DNA from: Macrostomum lignano
Lineage: Eukaryota
Direction: 5' to 3'
DNA: 64,000 bases
Assembly: GCA_002269645.1 (NCBI GenBank)
Contig: NIVC01000284.1
Location: 186,001-250,000, forward strand
Shown here: one piece after another, positions 13,140-27,112 of the stretch
How positions within the stretch are numbered: the first letter of the stretch is position 1
How the letters are laid out: every line of letters begins with the position of its first letter
Position numbers and translations under genes: made by a program
Notes under the pieces: generated by a model
Databases searched by the model: none
What the model was told of the DNA's origin: nothing
The model's input: the letters and a program-made list of their open reading frames with translations, nothing else

Positions 13140-14442
13140 AAAAGTTTTTTCGTACTTTTTTTCTAGAGTGTGTTTTGGCTTCTTTATCCTTTTTCAATCT
13201 ACAAAAGTGCAACGTTATTATATTTAAGCATGACAGACGGTCGGAGAATTAAATAAACTACTTTTTCCTTGCAAGATTTTAATTATCACACAATTTTTCC
13301 GATATGTAGCGAATAATGCATAACAGCATGAATATATCTAATTATATTAATTATATAATAAGGTGACTTTATTACGCTAAAACGAGTATTAAACCCCTAA
13401 ATTACACTTAATTCCGAAATATACATGGACTGTTGCGTTTAAATCAACAAACAAATTCGTTTAAATTAAAAAAAACATTGGAATATATTTTTATTGCAAC
13501 ACTTACATATGCGTGTAGGCCTACTAGCAGTAGTTTTGAGCTAAAGAATCGCAATTTTAATTTAGTGCACAGTCATTTCCATTAACCTTTGACCTTTTGA
13601 CGAGCTAACTCTATTTGGATTTTTCATCGAAAATTTTCGCGCACATTCATGCATTCATGCTGGATATGAGGCTGGTGTACAACTCCTGAGTGTATGCCAC
13701 TGACGACCCCTGACGGGTTTCAGTCAATTTCGGCGAAAGGCCACTTCGGCGAGAGACCATTTCAGAGAATCCATTTCGGGGAATGCAATGATCACTTCGG
13801 CGAACGATATAATATAATTTATTTAACTTTATATATTTGAATGTTAATAGTATTTAATTTAATTTATAGTGCTCAAAATTACTACACCTTTATTGCTCTT
13901 TAATTGTTCTAATTCATATTGAATTTCTTGTATTCCATAATCTCAAAATAAATCCGTAAGGGTACTAGGTAAATAATTACTAATTCAGATATTGATTTTT
14001 GGATTCTTTGTTCGCCCCTGTAACAGGTCGTTTATCGGTAGTCTCTGAAAGGCCTCTCACGCCAACTACCTTACACGCCTGCTACCCCTCTGCCACGACA
14101 GGTAGAAACTTCGAAGAACTGAGACAATTCCTTTTCTTAGGTTTGAGCTCAAACTTTACTAAACTCGGCAGTGGAGAGCCTGGGCTCTTTCAATTGCATT
14201 GTATTTGTATAATGCTCGACATTGTGCTCGGGGGCAGCGTTGGGTGGTGGCGTGATATTTTTCCGCCCCACCCATCTTATTTGCTTTTTTGCATAGTTAG
14301 GCAGTTAGATAAATTAACACAGAGAGGGCACGCATGGCCTGCGTGGCTGTTTTAGTGCAGGCAAGTGGGTGGGTCTAACATTAAATATCTATGATAAGTT
14401 TGTAATAGCATATCAGCGTTTTGAACGCTGATAGCCCATTTG

Positions 14443-15219
14443 CTTGGCGCCCCTTGGTGCTGGCGCCCTTTGGTGCTTGGCGCCCCTTGGTGCTTGGCGC
14501 CCCTTGGTGCTTGGCGCCCCTTTGTGCTTGGCGCCCCTTGGTGCTTGGCGCCCCTTGGTGCTTGGCGCCCCTTGGTGCTTGGCGCCCCTTGGTGCTTGGC
14601 GCCCCTTGGTGCTTGGCGCCCCTTGGTGCTTGGCGCCCCTTGGTGCTTGGCGCCCCTTGGTGCTTGGCGCCCCTTGGTGCTTGGCGCCCCTTGGTGCTTG
14701 GCGCCCCTTGGTGCTTGGCGCCCCTTGGTGCTTGGCGCCCCTTGGTGCTTGGCGCCCCTTGGTGCTTGGCGCCCCTTGGTGCTTGGCGCCCCTTGGTGCT
14801 TGGCGCCCCTTGGTGCTTGGCGCCCCTTGGTGCTTGGCGCCCCTTGGTGCTTGGCGCCCCTTGGTGCTTGGCGCCCCTTTTGGTGCTTGGCGCCCCTTGG
14901 TGCTTGGCGCCCCTTGGTGCTTGGCGCCCCTTGGTGCTTGGCGCCCCTTGGTGCTTGGCGCCCCTTGGTGCTTGGCGCCCCTTGGTGCTTGGCGCCCCTT
15001 GGTGCTTGGCGCCCCTTGGTGCTTGGCGCCCCTTGGTGCTTGGCGCCCCTTGGTGCCAATTGGTACCCCTTGGTGCTTGGCGCCCCTTGGTGCTAATTGG
15101 CGCCCCTTGGTGCTTGGCGCCCCTTGGTGCTAATTGGCGCCCCTTGGTGCTTGGCGCCCCTTGGTGCTTGGCGCCTCTTGGTGCTTGGCGCTCCTTGGTG
15201 CTTGGCGCCACTTGGTGCT
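14443..15219. repeat. 17-bp minisatellite (TGGCGCCCCTTGGTGCT)
   Basis: About 45 units; reverse complement of the array at 29330-29884. Confidence 0.96.
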
Positions 15220-15361
15220 GAATCCCTAACTCTAACCTTATACGCATGTAAGACCTAACCTAGCTACATACATATAAACCTAAAAATTAAACCTTCATGT
15301 GAACCCTAAACCTAAATCGTCGGGCAGACTATGACGGTACGAAAATTCCAATTTTGGATAC

Positions 15362-15560
15362 TGACGTCATTTTATCAAACGTAGAAAATAGCAGACAAAA
15401 ACGCTATAAGCAAACCATTCCACTTTTCCGGTCCAACTGGAATTGCGTCGGTGCAACGAATGTTTCTATTTTTAGCTACAGATAGAAAATTCTAGAATAA
15501 ACTATGGCTCACATAAGACTAAAAATAGATCCAGCCACCTAGACGCTTCGCCTATAAATA
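15362..15560 (+). promoter_or_regulatory. Polyubiquitin promoter: CRE, heat-shock element, TATA box
   Basis: TGACGTCA at 15362-15369; perfect three-pentamer HSE aGAAa-aTTCt-aGAAt at 15484-15498; TATAAATA at 15553-15560. Confidence 0.75.
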
Positions 15561-15632
15561 CAGAGCAAACGCTAGAGGGTTCTGCATGCTATCTAACTGG
15601 CAAAGGCTAAATCAGCTAAGCTGCTACTTTAA

Positions 15633-16613
<981 letters not shown>

Positions 16614-17188
16614 ATTATTAGTATTTTTTCATGAACATTGAACCAAAGTGACGAAACACTATGCGTGAATAATACCAACTGCATCCTAATCGACATTTAC
16701 ATTTTATTTCCTCATCAAAACTTTTTGCCTTTCATTTGAGCTGTCTATTTCACTTTTCGTTAATGCCTGTCTGATAAAATTTTGCATCGCGTCTGATTGT
16801 ACTTCAAATGCTAAAATATACTGACCCATGAACTTGTTTTAATTTTCCTTTAAAAAATTAAACTTTCATACCGTCTTACTGACTTCAATGATGATTAAAA
16901 TGATTAGAAAATTAGAAAATTTGTCGTTATGGAAGTATATAAAGACTATTAAATGCAGGTGAAAAGAAATAAAGGTACGCGTAATTTAGGTAGCGTTTGC
17001 GCAAATATTAGATGCATTTAGTGCAATGTATTTTAATAGTTTGACGATTTTATCGGGTTATAATCAGGGATTTTTGCTGTTCATGTAGTTCGATCAGCTT
17101 CTCAAAATATTTAAGCAACAAAAGTGGGTCGATATGTTCTGAAAGTCAAGCACGTCCCCTTCATTGTTAAACAGCGTGTAGATCAAAC

Positions 17189-17951
17189 TTATTCTATCGT
17201 AGTACCAGAGAAACTCGTTGTCTCAGGCTCATTTGTTGTTGTCTCAGGCTCATTTGTTGTTGTCTCAGGCTCATTTGTTGTTGTCTCAGGCTCATTTGTT
17301 GTTGTCTCAGGCTCATTTGTTGTTGTCTCATCAGACTCATTGGTTGTTGTCTCATCAGGCTCATTGGTTGTTGTCTCATCAGGCTCATTGGTTGTTGTCT
17401 CAGGCTCATTCGTTGTTGTCCCAGGCTCATTCGTTGTTGTCTCAGGCTTATTAGTTGTCGTGGTATCCATATGAAGAAAGTTGTCGATGTCGCCAGCAAC
17501 CCACATCTTCCATTCCGAATCAGAGGCCAGAGTGACTCCCGGTGCAGCATTCATCGAATAGGCAGCCACGCTCTCGGCAGTGATAACTCGACACTCTTCA
17601 TTTTGTTTATTATAGCTGATCGCAATGCAGTATTGAGCCTCACCGTTCGGGCACTTTGTCAGGCATTCGAGTTCAGATCGAATTCTCGACAAGGAGACGC
17701 CTTCAACCGTACAGACATTGGGAGGTATCTCCAACGATGATTTCGGGACAAATTCAATTGAGTTAGTTTCGACGAAGGTCGCGTACGTGTAAGCAACTGC
17801 AGAAGGGAATTCGATCGGTAAATTGATCAAATGTTGACCTGTAAAACTTATATGGTTCTGAGCTAGTGGATATCAAAAAGTATACATGTAGTTAAGCATT
17901 AGTAAACTTACGGATGCTTGACATGAAGATGCAAGTAATTGAGGACAGCAT
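17189..17951 (-). CDS. PAN/apple-like domain protein with Thr/Glu-rich mucin-like repeat (P[D]ETTTNE)
   Basis: Main exon 17838-17189 follows a TTTTACAG acceptor. Cys pattern C..RIRSELECLTKCPNGEAQYCIAISYNKQNEECRV fits PAN/apple spacing. About 12 copies of 7-8-aa repeats. Candidate first coding exon 17951-17912 (MLSSITCIFMSSI, GTAAGT donor, phase 1 matches). Both ends of the model are tentative. Confidence 0.6.
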
Positions 17952-19318
17952 CGTTAATGGTTTGGAACTTCGGTTTGAATTACAAGGCTGCAGACTTAAG
18001 TAGGATCCGATCGAATTAATTAATACGGCATCCCTCCTTGCCGACACATTTTGCTGTATTTATAAAAATTATAAGCCCGATCACAATCGATATGCAGAAA
18101 ATTTCACAGAGTAACTTCCTATATTCATCTCATGCGTTCTTGCGAAACGCTGCTCAAAAGATTTCACGGGTAATTGATTATTATATCATGCGCATTACAA
18201 TTCATTGTAACTTAATTGATCGATGATATCTATTATAATATGCGACGAGCGCAACCATGCAAGCCTGATGATCAAGCATTGTTCACGACTACTTCTCAGA
18301 ATTTGTATAGTCAATTCTGCCAGGCGCCAGAAATTATGCAGCAGCTGCCATGCATGTCGCAGTGTCTGGCTGATGAATGCCCTTAATTAATTTGCTATTC
18401 TTTGTAAGTTAAGAATCGATTTATTCATTATCTCTTTGAAGATGCCGATTGTTTAAACCCATTGTTTTAGAAGTAGAATAGGTTTATTATAACGCGTAGA
18501 TGTTACACTCACCTGAAAATGCTAATTTACACTAACTGTGCCTGTAATCGGAACTGCATGGTTATGCACGTTAAAATACTAGCTGCGAATTACCGGAAGA
18601 ATTATACCAATAAACCTTCTATTAATGTGTCGCTTCGCTCCCCAGTTACATGTGTAATAGTTGCGATAATGACAATTAATAGTTTATCCCTAAACAACCT
18701 TAGTTGGAGCAATCGAAGAAAAGATATTGCCTTAGCTTTCGGAAAAGATCAGGAAGTTCAGAGAAGGCTCCTCAGTGAAGAGGTCCGGTACATTATACTG
18801 CACTTTGCCAATCGTAAGCCCCTACTATATCTATACCACGCTTTCCGGCACAACTCCTCAAAGACGTCAGACCAGAGCTGGCAATTGTCGGGCGGGGAAG
18901 TCAAGGTAAGAACCGGGGCGCCGGAATCACATGCTTCCAATGCTCCAAATGTCGCCTAAATGGCGTTTTTGATAAAAGAAACGACCGGTAAACTTTGGTA
19001 GAGAGAGGGCAGCTTTAACCATAAAACAAGCTAGTACAACCCTAAAATTGCAAGTCTTTGTTAAAGTGTTGCCACACAACACTCAGGGAACGAATTCGAC
19101 ATGATGCGAAATAAGCTATTTATTTATTTGCATACGTAACAGTCATTTTATAAATCCGTAGCAAAGTTAGGCAAGTGGATTAAAGAAGACTGACGTCAAA
19201 TAAGTTTATATCTATTCTAGGCTAATAACTATATTGTCATCCTCTGTCCATCTAAAGAACCCACCTATTTTCTCCAAAACGGAAAATTGCACATCAGTAA
19301 CTGACTACTGATTGCACT

Positions 19319-22300
19319 ATGATTCGATTTACAACACGAACTCCTGAATTTTGCGCGAAGCAAGCGATATTTACAATCCTTCTGCTCGCTTTTCTTTCAA
19401 ATCTTATTGGATTTGAAGTATTGACTGGTTCCGGTAAGCTTAAACTTGTTTAATTGGTACATTTTAAATCATTATTTTTTAATATCTTATATCTTAATAT
19501 TTTCAATATCTTAGGTGGTTAATGACTTATGTTTATGAAATATGTTGCTGTAATGAAGTAAATTAAATTTTAGTAATTTAATAACAAGCTAGCAAAGAGC
19601 AATATATAGTAGGGCTATCCTGTAAAATAAAATTAACTGTCATTTTTGCAATAAATAGTTTTGTTTAATTATTATAAAAACTAGACTTGAGCTAGGCTTT
19701 TTTAGATATTGTAGGCCTACTAGCAATCTATCTAGTGTAGTGCCCACCTTCTGGTGGCCAATAAGCAAGGAGCAAAAAATATTTATGCAAATCCATTAAA
19801 AAGCACATTATCTTAAAGTTAAGAAGCAATTCTTTCCTCACTCTTATAAACCAGCTTAGGCCTATTTGATTCTGAGTAAAATTGTCACAAACATAGATGT
19901 TTGCTATAAATATCTTTTTAATGTAACAAAAAACAACAAAATAATGATTTTACAAAGAGAGCAGGTATCCCACCTAATACTAATAGCAAAGATATTCCTC
20001 CAGTTTATGATCATTGTTGCAATTGCATTTTGGTTTACAATACATAAATCATTTTTTTCAATGATCATGGCTTGCTCAAAAGAAACAAAAAATGTTAATC
20101 TGGGCTTATTCATTTCATTAGAAAAACTGAATGGAGTAGCCAACTTATAGTTTCTCCCATAGCATGGCAATAACAAAGATCCTCATATATCTATTTTGGT
20201 TCATAATCATTTACTTGTATTTCTGCTATTTAAATAATTGTAAACTGAAATAGATAATTGGATCATTTTCAATAAACAATTATATGCATATAAAAATCTC
20301 TGGCAATATGTTATAGTTGGTATTTGATTACTTGATAATGGAAAAATAAAAATGATTCGAATTATTTTGGATTGTTGGTTTGAAACATTATTTAAAACAC
20401 ATTTTGTTATTTTATATCTTTCTTATGGGGATCATCTCCAATTTCAGGGATTTTAAACCAAAGGAATAGCATCTCCCAGATAGTATGTATCTCTAAATAG
20501 CAAGCACAAGCATCCCTACATGTATATAGCAAGCCTCCCCTAGATAGCAAACATCCTTTAAATAGCAAGCATCTCCCAAATAGCAAGTAGTTATACCAAG
20601 CCTTTTTAGCCAATGCAATAATCTTTTTCTTATCAAGTACAATAATCCCTTTCTTATCTAAAGCAATAAATCCTTTTCTGTTTATGTAGATATAGATATA
20701 TATGTTATATAGTTAAGTATAAATTGTATTTGAAATCATTCTATAAATCAAATTAAAACTATAATTCAAAATTATAACTAAAACTAAATACTAATAAAAT
20801 TGTTGCCTAAACCTTTTTTATTCCCAATTTCAATTTTAGTTGCATTGCCAGTGGATATCAAACCAATAATCAATGTATCTACTAACAATGGCAAGCCACC
20901 AAATGTTTTTGCTACTTCTAAGAAGTCTAATGGCAGCATTGCAAATAACTTGACAAATCTAAGTGCCAAGTCTAATTCTGTTCTCCAAACCAATGCCATT
21001 GCTAATTCAAAAGTGCAAATGATCAAAGAAGTCATAATGGACTTTAAAAGCAAACTTGTGGGCAATAAAAGTCTCCCTAGTATACAACATGTTTTTGCTA
21101 AAAATTCGAATTCTAAGGATTATGCAACATCAAGAAATGAGAAAGCTGCAATTAAAGAAACCAATAAAAATTCCTTAACTGAGACAATAGACGTCTCTAT
21201 TGGTCAGAAATTATCCAAAGAGAAATCTGACATTGGCAAGGCATCTGGAGAGATATCTGACACAGCTAAAGCATCTGGAGAGAAGTCTGACACTGGCAAA
21301 GTACCTAGTGAGAAATCTGACACAGCCAAGGCATCTGGAGAGAAATCTGACACAGCGAAGGCATCTGGAGAGAAATCTGACACAGCCAAGGCATCTGGAG
21401 AGAAATCTGACACAGCCAAGGCATCTGGAGAGAAGTCTGACACAGCCAAAGCATCTGGTGAGAAATATGACACATCCAAAGCATCTGGAGAGAAATTTGA
21501 CACAGCCAAAGTATCTGGAGAGAAATCTGACACAGCCAAAGCATCTGGAGAGAAGTCTGACACAGCCAAAGCATCTGGAGAGAAGTCTGACACTGGCAAG
21601 GTACCTAGTGAGAAATCTGACACAGCCAAACCATCTGGAGAGAAATCTGATACAGCCAAGGCATCTGGAGAGAAATCTGACACAGACAAGGTACCTAGAG
21701 AGAAATCTGACACAGCCAAAGCATCTGGAGAGAAATCTGATACAGCCAAGGCATCTGGAGAGAAATCTGACACAGCCAAAGCATATGGAGAGAAGTCTGA
21801 CACAGGAAAGGTACCTAGTGAGAACTATGACACGGCCAAAGCATCTGGAGAGAAATCTGACACAGCCAAAGCATCTGGAGAGAAATCTGACACAGCCAAG
21901 GCATCTGGAGAGAAATCTGACACAGACAAGGTACCTAAAGAGAAATCTGACACAGCCAAGGCATCTGGAGAAAAATCTGACACAGCCAAAGCATCTGGAG
22001 AGAAATCTGACACAGCCAAAGCATCTGGTGAGAAATATGACACAGCCAAAGCATCTGGAGAGAAATCTGACACAGCCAAGGCATCTGGAGAGAAATCTGA
22101 CACAGACAAGGTACCTAGAGAGAAATCTGACACAGCCAAAGCATCTGGAGAGAAATCTGATACAGCCAAGGCATCTGGAGAGAAATCTGACACAGCCAAA
22201 GCATCTGGAGAGAAGTCTGACACAGGAAAGGTACCTAGTGAGAACTATGACACGGCCAAAGCATCTGGAGAGAAATCTGACACAGCCAAAGCATCTGGAG

Positions 22301-25300
22301 AGAAATCTGACACAGCCAAGGCATCTGGAGAGAAATCTGACACAGACAAGGTACCTAAAGAGAAATCTGACACAGCCAAGGCATCTGGAGAGAAATCTGA
22401 TACAGCCAAGGCATCTGGAGAGAAATCTGACACAGCCAAAGCATCTGGAGAGAAGTCTGACACTGGCAAGGTACCTAGTGCGAAATATGACACAGCCAAA
22501 GCATCTGGAGAGAAGTCTGACACAGGAAAGGTACCTAGTGATAACTATGACACGGCCAAATCATCTGGGGAGAAATTTGACACAGCCAAAGCATCTGGAG
22601 AGAAATCTGACACAGCCAAGGCATCTGGAGAGAAATCTGACACAGCCAAGGCATCTGGAGAAAAATCTGATACAGCCAAGGCATCTGGAGAGAAATCTGA
22701 CACAGCCAAAGCATCTGGAGAGAAGTCTGACACAGCGAAGGCATCTGGAGAGAAATCTGACACAGCCAAAGCATCTGGAGAGAAATCTGACACAGCCAAA
22801 CCATCTGGAGAGAAATCTGACACAGCCAAAGCATCTGGAGAGAAGTCTGACACAGGAAAGGTACCTAGTGAGAACTATGACACGGCCAAAGCATCTGGAG
22901 AAAAATCTGACACAGCCAAGGCATCTTTAGAGAAATCTGACACAGCCAAGGCATCTGGAGAGAAATCTGACACAGCCAAAGCATCTGGAGAGAAGTCTGA
23001 CACAGGAAAGGTACCTAGTGAGAACTATGACACGGCCAAAGCATCTGGAGAAAAATCTGACACAGCCAAAGCATCTGGAGAAAAATCTGACACAGCCAAA
23101 GCATATGGAGAGAAATCTGACACAGCCAAAGCATCTGGAGAGAAATCTGACACAGGCAAGGTACTTAGTGAGAAATCTGACACAGCCAAGGCATTTGGAG
23201 AGAAATCTGACACAGGCAAGGTACCTAGTGAGAAATATGACACAGCCAAGGCTTCTGGAGAAAAATCTGACACAGCCAAAGCATCTGGAGAGAAATCTGA
23301 CACAGCCAAGGCATCTGGAGAGAAATCTGACACAGCGAAGGCATCTGGAGAGAAATCTGACACAGCCAAGGCATCTGGAGAGAAATCTGACACAGCGAAG
23401 GCATCTGGAGAGAAATCTGACACAGCCAAAGCATCTGGAGAGAAATCTGACACAGCCAAAGCATCTGGTGAGAAATATGACACAGCCAAAGCATCTGGAG
23501 AGAAATCTGACACAGCCAAAGCATCTGGAGAGAAATCTGACACAGCCAAGGCATCTGGAGAGAAATCTGACACAGCTAAAGCATCTGGAGAGAAGTCTGA
23601 CACAGGAAAGGTACCTAGTGAGAACTATGACACGGCCAAAGCATCTGGGGAGAAATCTGACACAGCCAAAGCATCTGGAGAAAAATCTGACACAGCCAAG
23701 GCATCTGGAGAGAAATCTGACACAGCCAAGGCATCTGGAGAGAAATCTGACACAGCCAAGGAATCTGGAGAAAAATCTGACACAGGCAAGGTACCTAGTG
23801 AGAAATCTGACACAGCCAAGGCATCTGGAGAAAAATCTGACACAGCCAAAGCATCTGGAGAGAAATCTGACACAGCCAAGGCATCTGGAGAAAAATCTGG
23901 CGCAGCCAAAGCATCTGGAGAGAAGTCTGAAACTGGCAAAGCACCTGGAGAGAAATCTGACCCTGTCAAGGCATCTGAAGAGAAGTCTGAGACTGGCAAA
24001 GCATCTGGAGAGAAATCTGACACTGGCAAAGCGTCTGGTGAGAAATCTGACCCTGCCAAGTCGTCTGGAGAGAAATCTGACCCTGTCAAGGCATCTGGAG
24101 AAAAATCTGACGCAACCAAAGCATCTGGTGAGAAGTCTGACACTGTCAAGATATCTGGAGAGAAATCTGACACAGCCAAAGCATCTGGAGAAAAGTCTGA
24201 CACAGCCAAAGCATCTGGAGAGAAGTCTGACACAGCCAAAGCATCTGGAGAGAAGTCTGACACAGCCAAAGCATCTGGAGAGAAGTCCCGTCATGGTGAC
24301 CTGCCGGCTAAAACTGCGCACCATGAAAGCAGAGGTGAAAAAGAAGACAAGCCAGAATCTCGGGGCGATGATGCAGCTCGAGTTGAGGGTCGAGACAGTT
24401 CTAGTCGGGACGAGTCGCGCCCTAACATCCGCGTTGGGGCTCACGACGCGCACCCGGATGATGCACATCCTGCTCCTGCTGCCGGAGCCGGCGACCATCA
24501 CTATGACTCTCGCGAAGAAGTGCGTCCTGCTCATCGTGGCTCGGCAGCAGACAACGAAGCCGCCGGAGCGTCGAAGAGCCGCCATCGTGATGTTGAAAAG
24601 CCGCCGCAAAAACAATCGGCTCGGGTTGACAGCGAAGTTGAAATACGCAGCGGCGGTCCGGTAAACACCGACAGCAAAGGCTCCGAGTTGCGACCGCCGC
24701 CGCCGCCGCCGTCTTATCGCAGACAGCCGGGTCCGCCTCGGGCTCGACCTCAGGATCGTCCTAGCCGATTCAAAGCTATTGATGATGAAGAGGTTGATCG
24801 ACAGCAATCAAAAGTGCGATTTACTAGTAACACTGCCGGCAGGTTTGGCGATATGGGGCTGCTTAGCTACGGTGGATCGTCCAAAATGTTGGCGTACTTT
24901 GTGCTTTTCATCCTGCTAGCCGGTCTACTCTACGTTGTCTGCCACCGGAAACAAAAGGTAAAGGCCTGTAACTACAGTGGGCGAGGGTTGGACTTATTGT
25001 TTGGATTAAACAATATAAAAATTCTGCAAAAATAAAAATTATTGCAGATTTTTTACCAGGTAAGTATCTTAAGTACAGTTTTCATTTCCGTTCTTTGGTT
25101 ATGGTTATCTACCGTACAGGCGCATAAGTAGCTTTCTCAGTCGTACTTTAAAAACATTTAGACCGTCGGGCGGATTTTTTTTGGGATTTATTCATAACTA
25201 TTATTAGTAGCTATGTTAGCTAATTAAGCGCATTTACCCTAACTCCAAGCTAGTTCACGTGATACTAGAGTTAAAATCCACTGATGGTGAACAGCAAAAT

Positions 25301-25870
25301 CCTAATGTACACAGCAGCCCGCCAGCGCCACCACCCCAATGGACTCGTACACACAGTCCGTCAGCCCCTCCCTAACGACCTCAATCTAGACACAGTCTGC
25401 CAGCCCTCCATCCCAATATACATACAGTCCGCCAGCTCCTCCCCAACCACCCCAATGTACACACAGTCCGCCAGTCCCTCCCCAGCCACCCAATGTACAC
25501 ACAGTCCGCCAGCCCCACCCCAATCACCCCAATGTACACATAGTCCGCCAGCCCACCCCAACCACCCCACATGTACACACAGTCCGCCAGCCCCACCCCA
25601 ACCACCCCAATGTACACACAGTCCGCCAGCCCCACCCCAACCACCCCAATGTACACACAGTCCGCCAGCCCCTCCCCAACCACCCCAATGTACCCGCAGA
25701 TAATAGCCTGCTTGATGGAAGGTCGCGGATCGACCGCCGCCCACCAATCTGGTCGGCGGTCAAGCAGCAGTCGCAATTTGTCGGGCAGTTACAGACGCCT
25801 GCCAACAGAAGAGGAGCTGCCAAAGGCGCCAAAGCAGAAGCCGGATTCCGTGCAGAATTTTGTATTTTAA
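19319..25870 (+). CDS. TGN38/TGN46 (TGOLN2/KCT2-family)-like type I membrane protein, about 1467 aa, with about 100 x 10-aa lumenal repeat
   Basis: Exons 19319-19433 (signal peptide, G|GTAAGC), 20840-24957 (TTTTAG|, phase 1, V-ALPVD...TM) and 25700-25870 (phase 0). The spliced junction reads YVVCHRKQK|IIACLMEGR...GSYRRL, matching the TGN46 juxtamembrane HNKRKIIAFVLEG...SDYQRL pattern. Confidence 0.85.
21205..24290 (+). repeat. Coding 30-bp tandem repeat (KASGEKSDTA)
   Basis: About 100 units with no frameshift; a 14-unit (420 bp) block is duplicated (identical variant lines at 21661 and 22081). Confidence 0.97.
25320..25699. repeat. 39-bp intronic minisatellite ending in the splice acceptor
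   Basis: Unit CAGTCCGCCAGCCCCACCCCAACCACCCCAATGTACACA; the last unit supplies the AG at 25698-25699. Confidence 0.9.
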
Positions 25871-27112
25871 ACACGAGAAACGAACAAAACAAATGGCTTT
25901 ATTTTCGAGGTTGAGAAACGAAAACTGATCTGATTAATTTCGGTTAAAAGTGTGTTTACTAGTAAATTTATTTATATAACTTTTGAAACTTTTTTTGGTC
26001 TCCGATGCTTATATATTCATGCTAAAATTCATTATATTTTCAGCATTGGCTCAGATTCAGTGCATCGATGAACTGTTTTTTTACTCATCTTGAATATTCA
26101 GCTGCGCTATCTTATAAATTGATAAATTTTGTTAGAAAAGAGTTCCTAAAGTACTCTCAGAGTCAAGTAAAACCTGTCCAATTGATTGGCCAATATTATA
26201 TATAGTCAACATATAATCAACATATTGTTTAACACATTTGATAGATTTTGATTGTTTTTATTCTCTCATGTTTTAATAAAATTCCAACACACTTATTGTC
26301 TAATAACAATATTGATTCAATTAACAGAGAAAATACCCAATTTTCTGAACGAAAACCTAAGATAAAAAATAATTATAAGATAAACATTGGGTCAGCCTTC
26401 TATCGAAAGCTATAAACGGTTTTTGTGTCGAAAAAATAAAAACCTCTAACCTCCGTAGGAGGAGTAGCCTCTTAAAATTTTCCAAGAGACGAGGTTTCCC
26501 GCGTCCTTCTACTTTGAGTAAGCCTTGGTAAAAAGATGTTTTAGTTGAGTTTTTGTTTCATTTGCGCTTAGTGATTTCAATATTTATATTTTATTACAAG
26601 TTGGTATACTAGTTTCAGTAGTGAATTATATCTATCAACGTCTTTTTTTACCAAGTTTCACTCACTTGTCCGCGAAGTGCCTAATTTTCATATATAACTT
26701 TTCATAATCTGTTATTAGTAGTACTCTGTGCTGCTAGACTCTGCTTGTAATTCTTTGTGATTTTTTCCGTTCATTCTAGAGGCCTAGCGATCGAATGTTC
26801 ACTTTTTTACGTATATACACTTTTTCTTTTCTCTTTTAATTAACGGTTACCATTGAGAACATATTTTCTGGTTGTCACATTTGTTAGTTCGTTCAGTAGC
26901 ATAGTGTGAGCAATATTATTTATTGTTTACATCAAATCTTGCCCTTGCTATCAACAACTACGAGTAGTTTACAAATATCAATGTTTATATATTTCTATGC
27001 TCTAAGAACGATCTGTTCTTTCTGTCACCTATTGTTATCATCTAAATACTTGAAATAAACTTTATTTGTTGGTTTTTTCCTAATTTCGCAGCTTTCGTAA
27101 TTAGGTCACCAT

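Noticed and set aside
13700-13810. Degenerate TTCGGCGA repeats
   Set aside because: Too short and decayed to define an element from this window alone.
14352-15247. ORFs of 218-288 aa (GAPSTKGRQAPRGAKHQ / LGAWRPLVLGAPWCLAP)
   Set aside because: The 17-mer has no stop in any frame; the same peptide reappears at 29286-29975 inside an intron.
19515-19557. Exon-like segment in intron 1 of the TGN46-like gene
   Set aside because: Inclusion gives an immediate in-frame stop (GGT GGT TAA) and its 43-nt length breaks the frame.
22927-24807. 626-aa antisense ORF and 576/548-aa alternative-frame ORFs in the TGN46-like repeat
   Set aside because: These are shadows of the 30-bp coding repeat; only the main frame has a signal exon, TM segment and tail.
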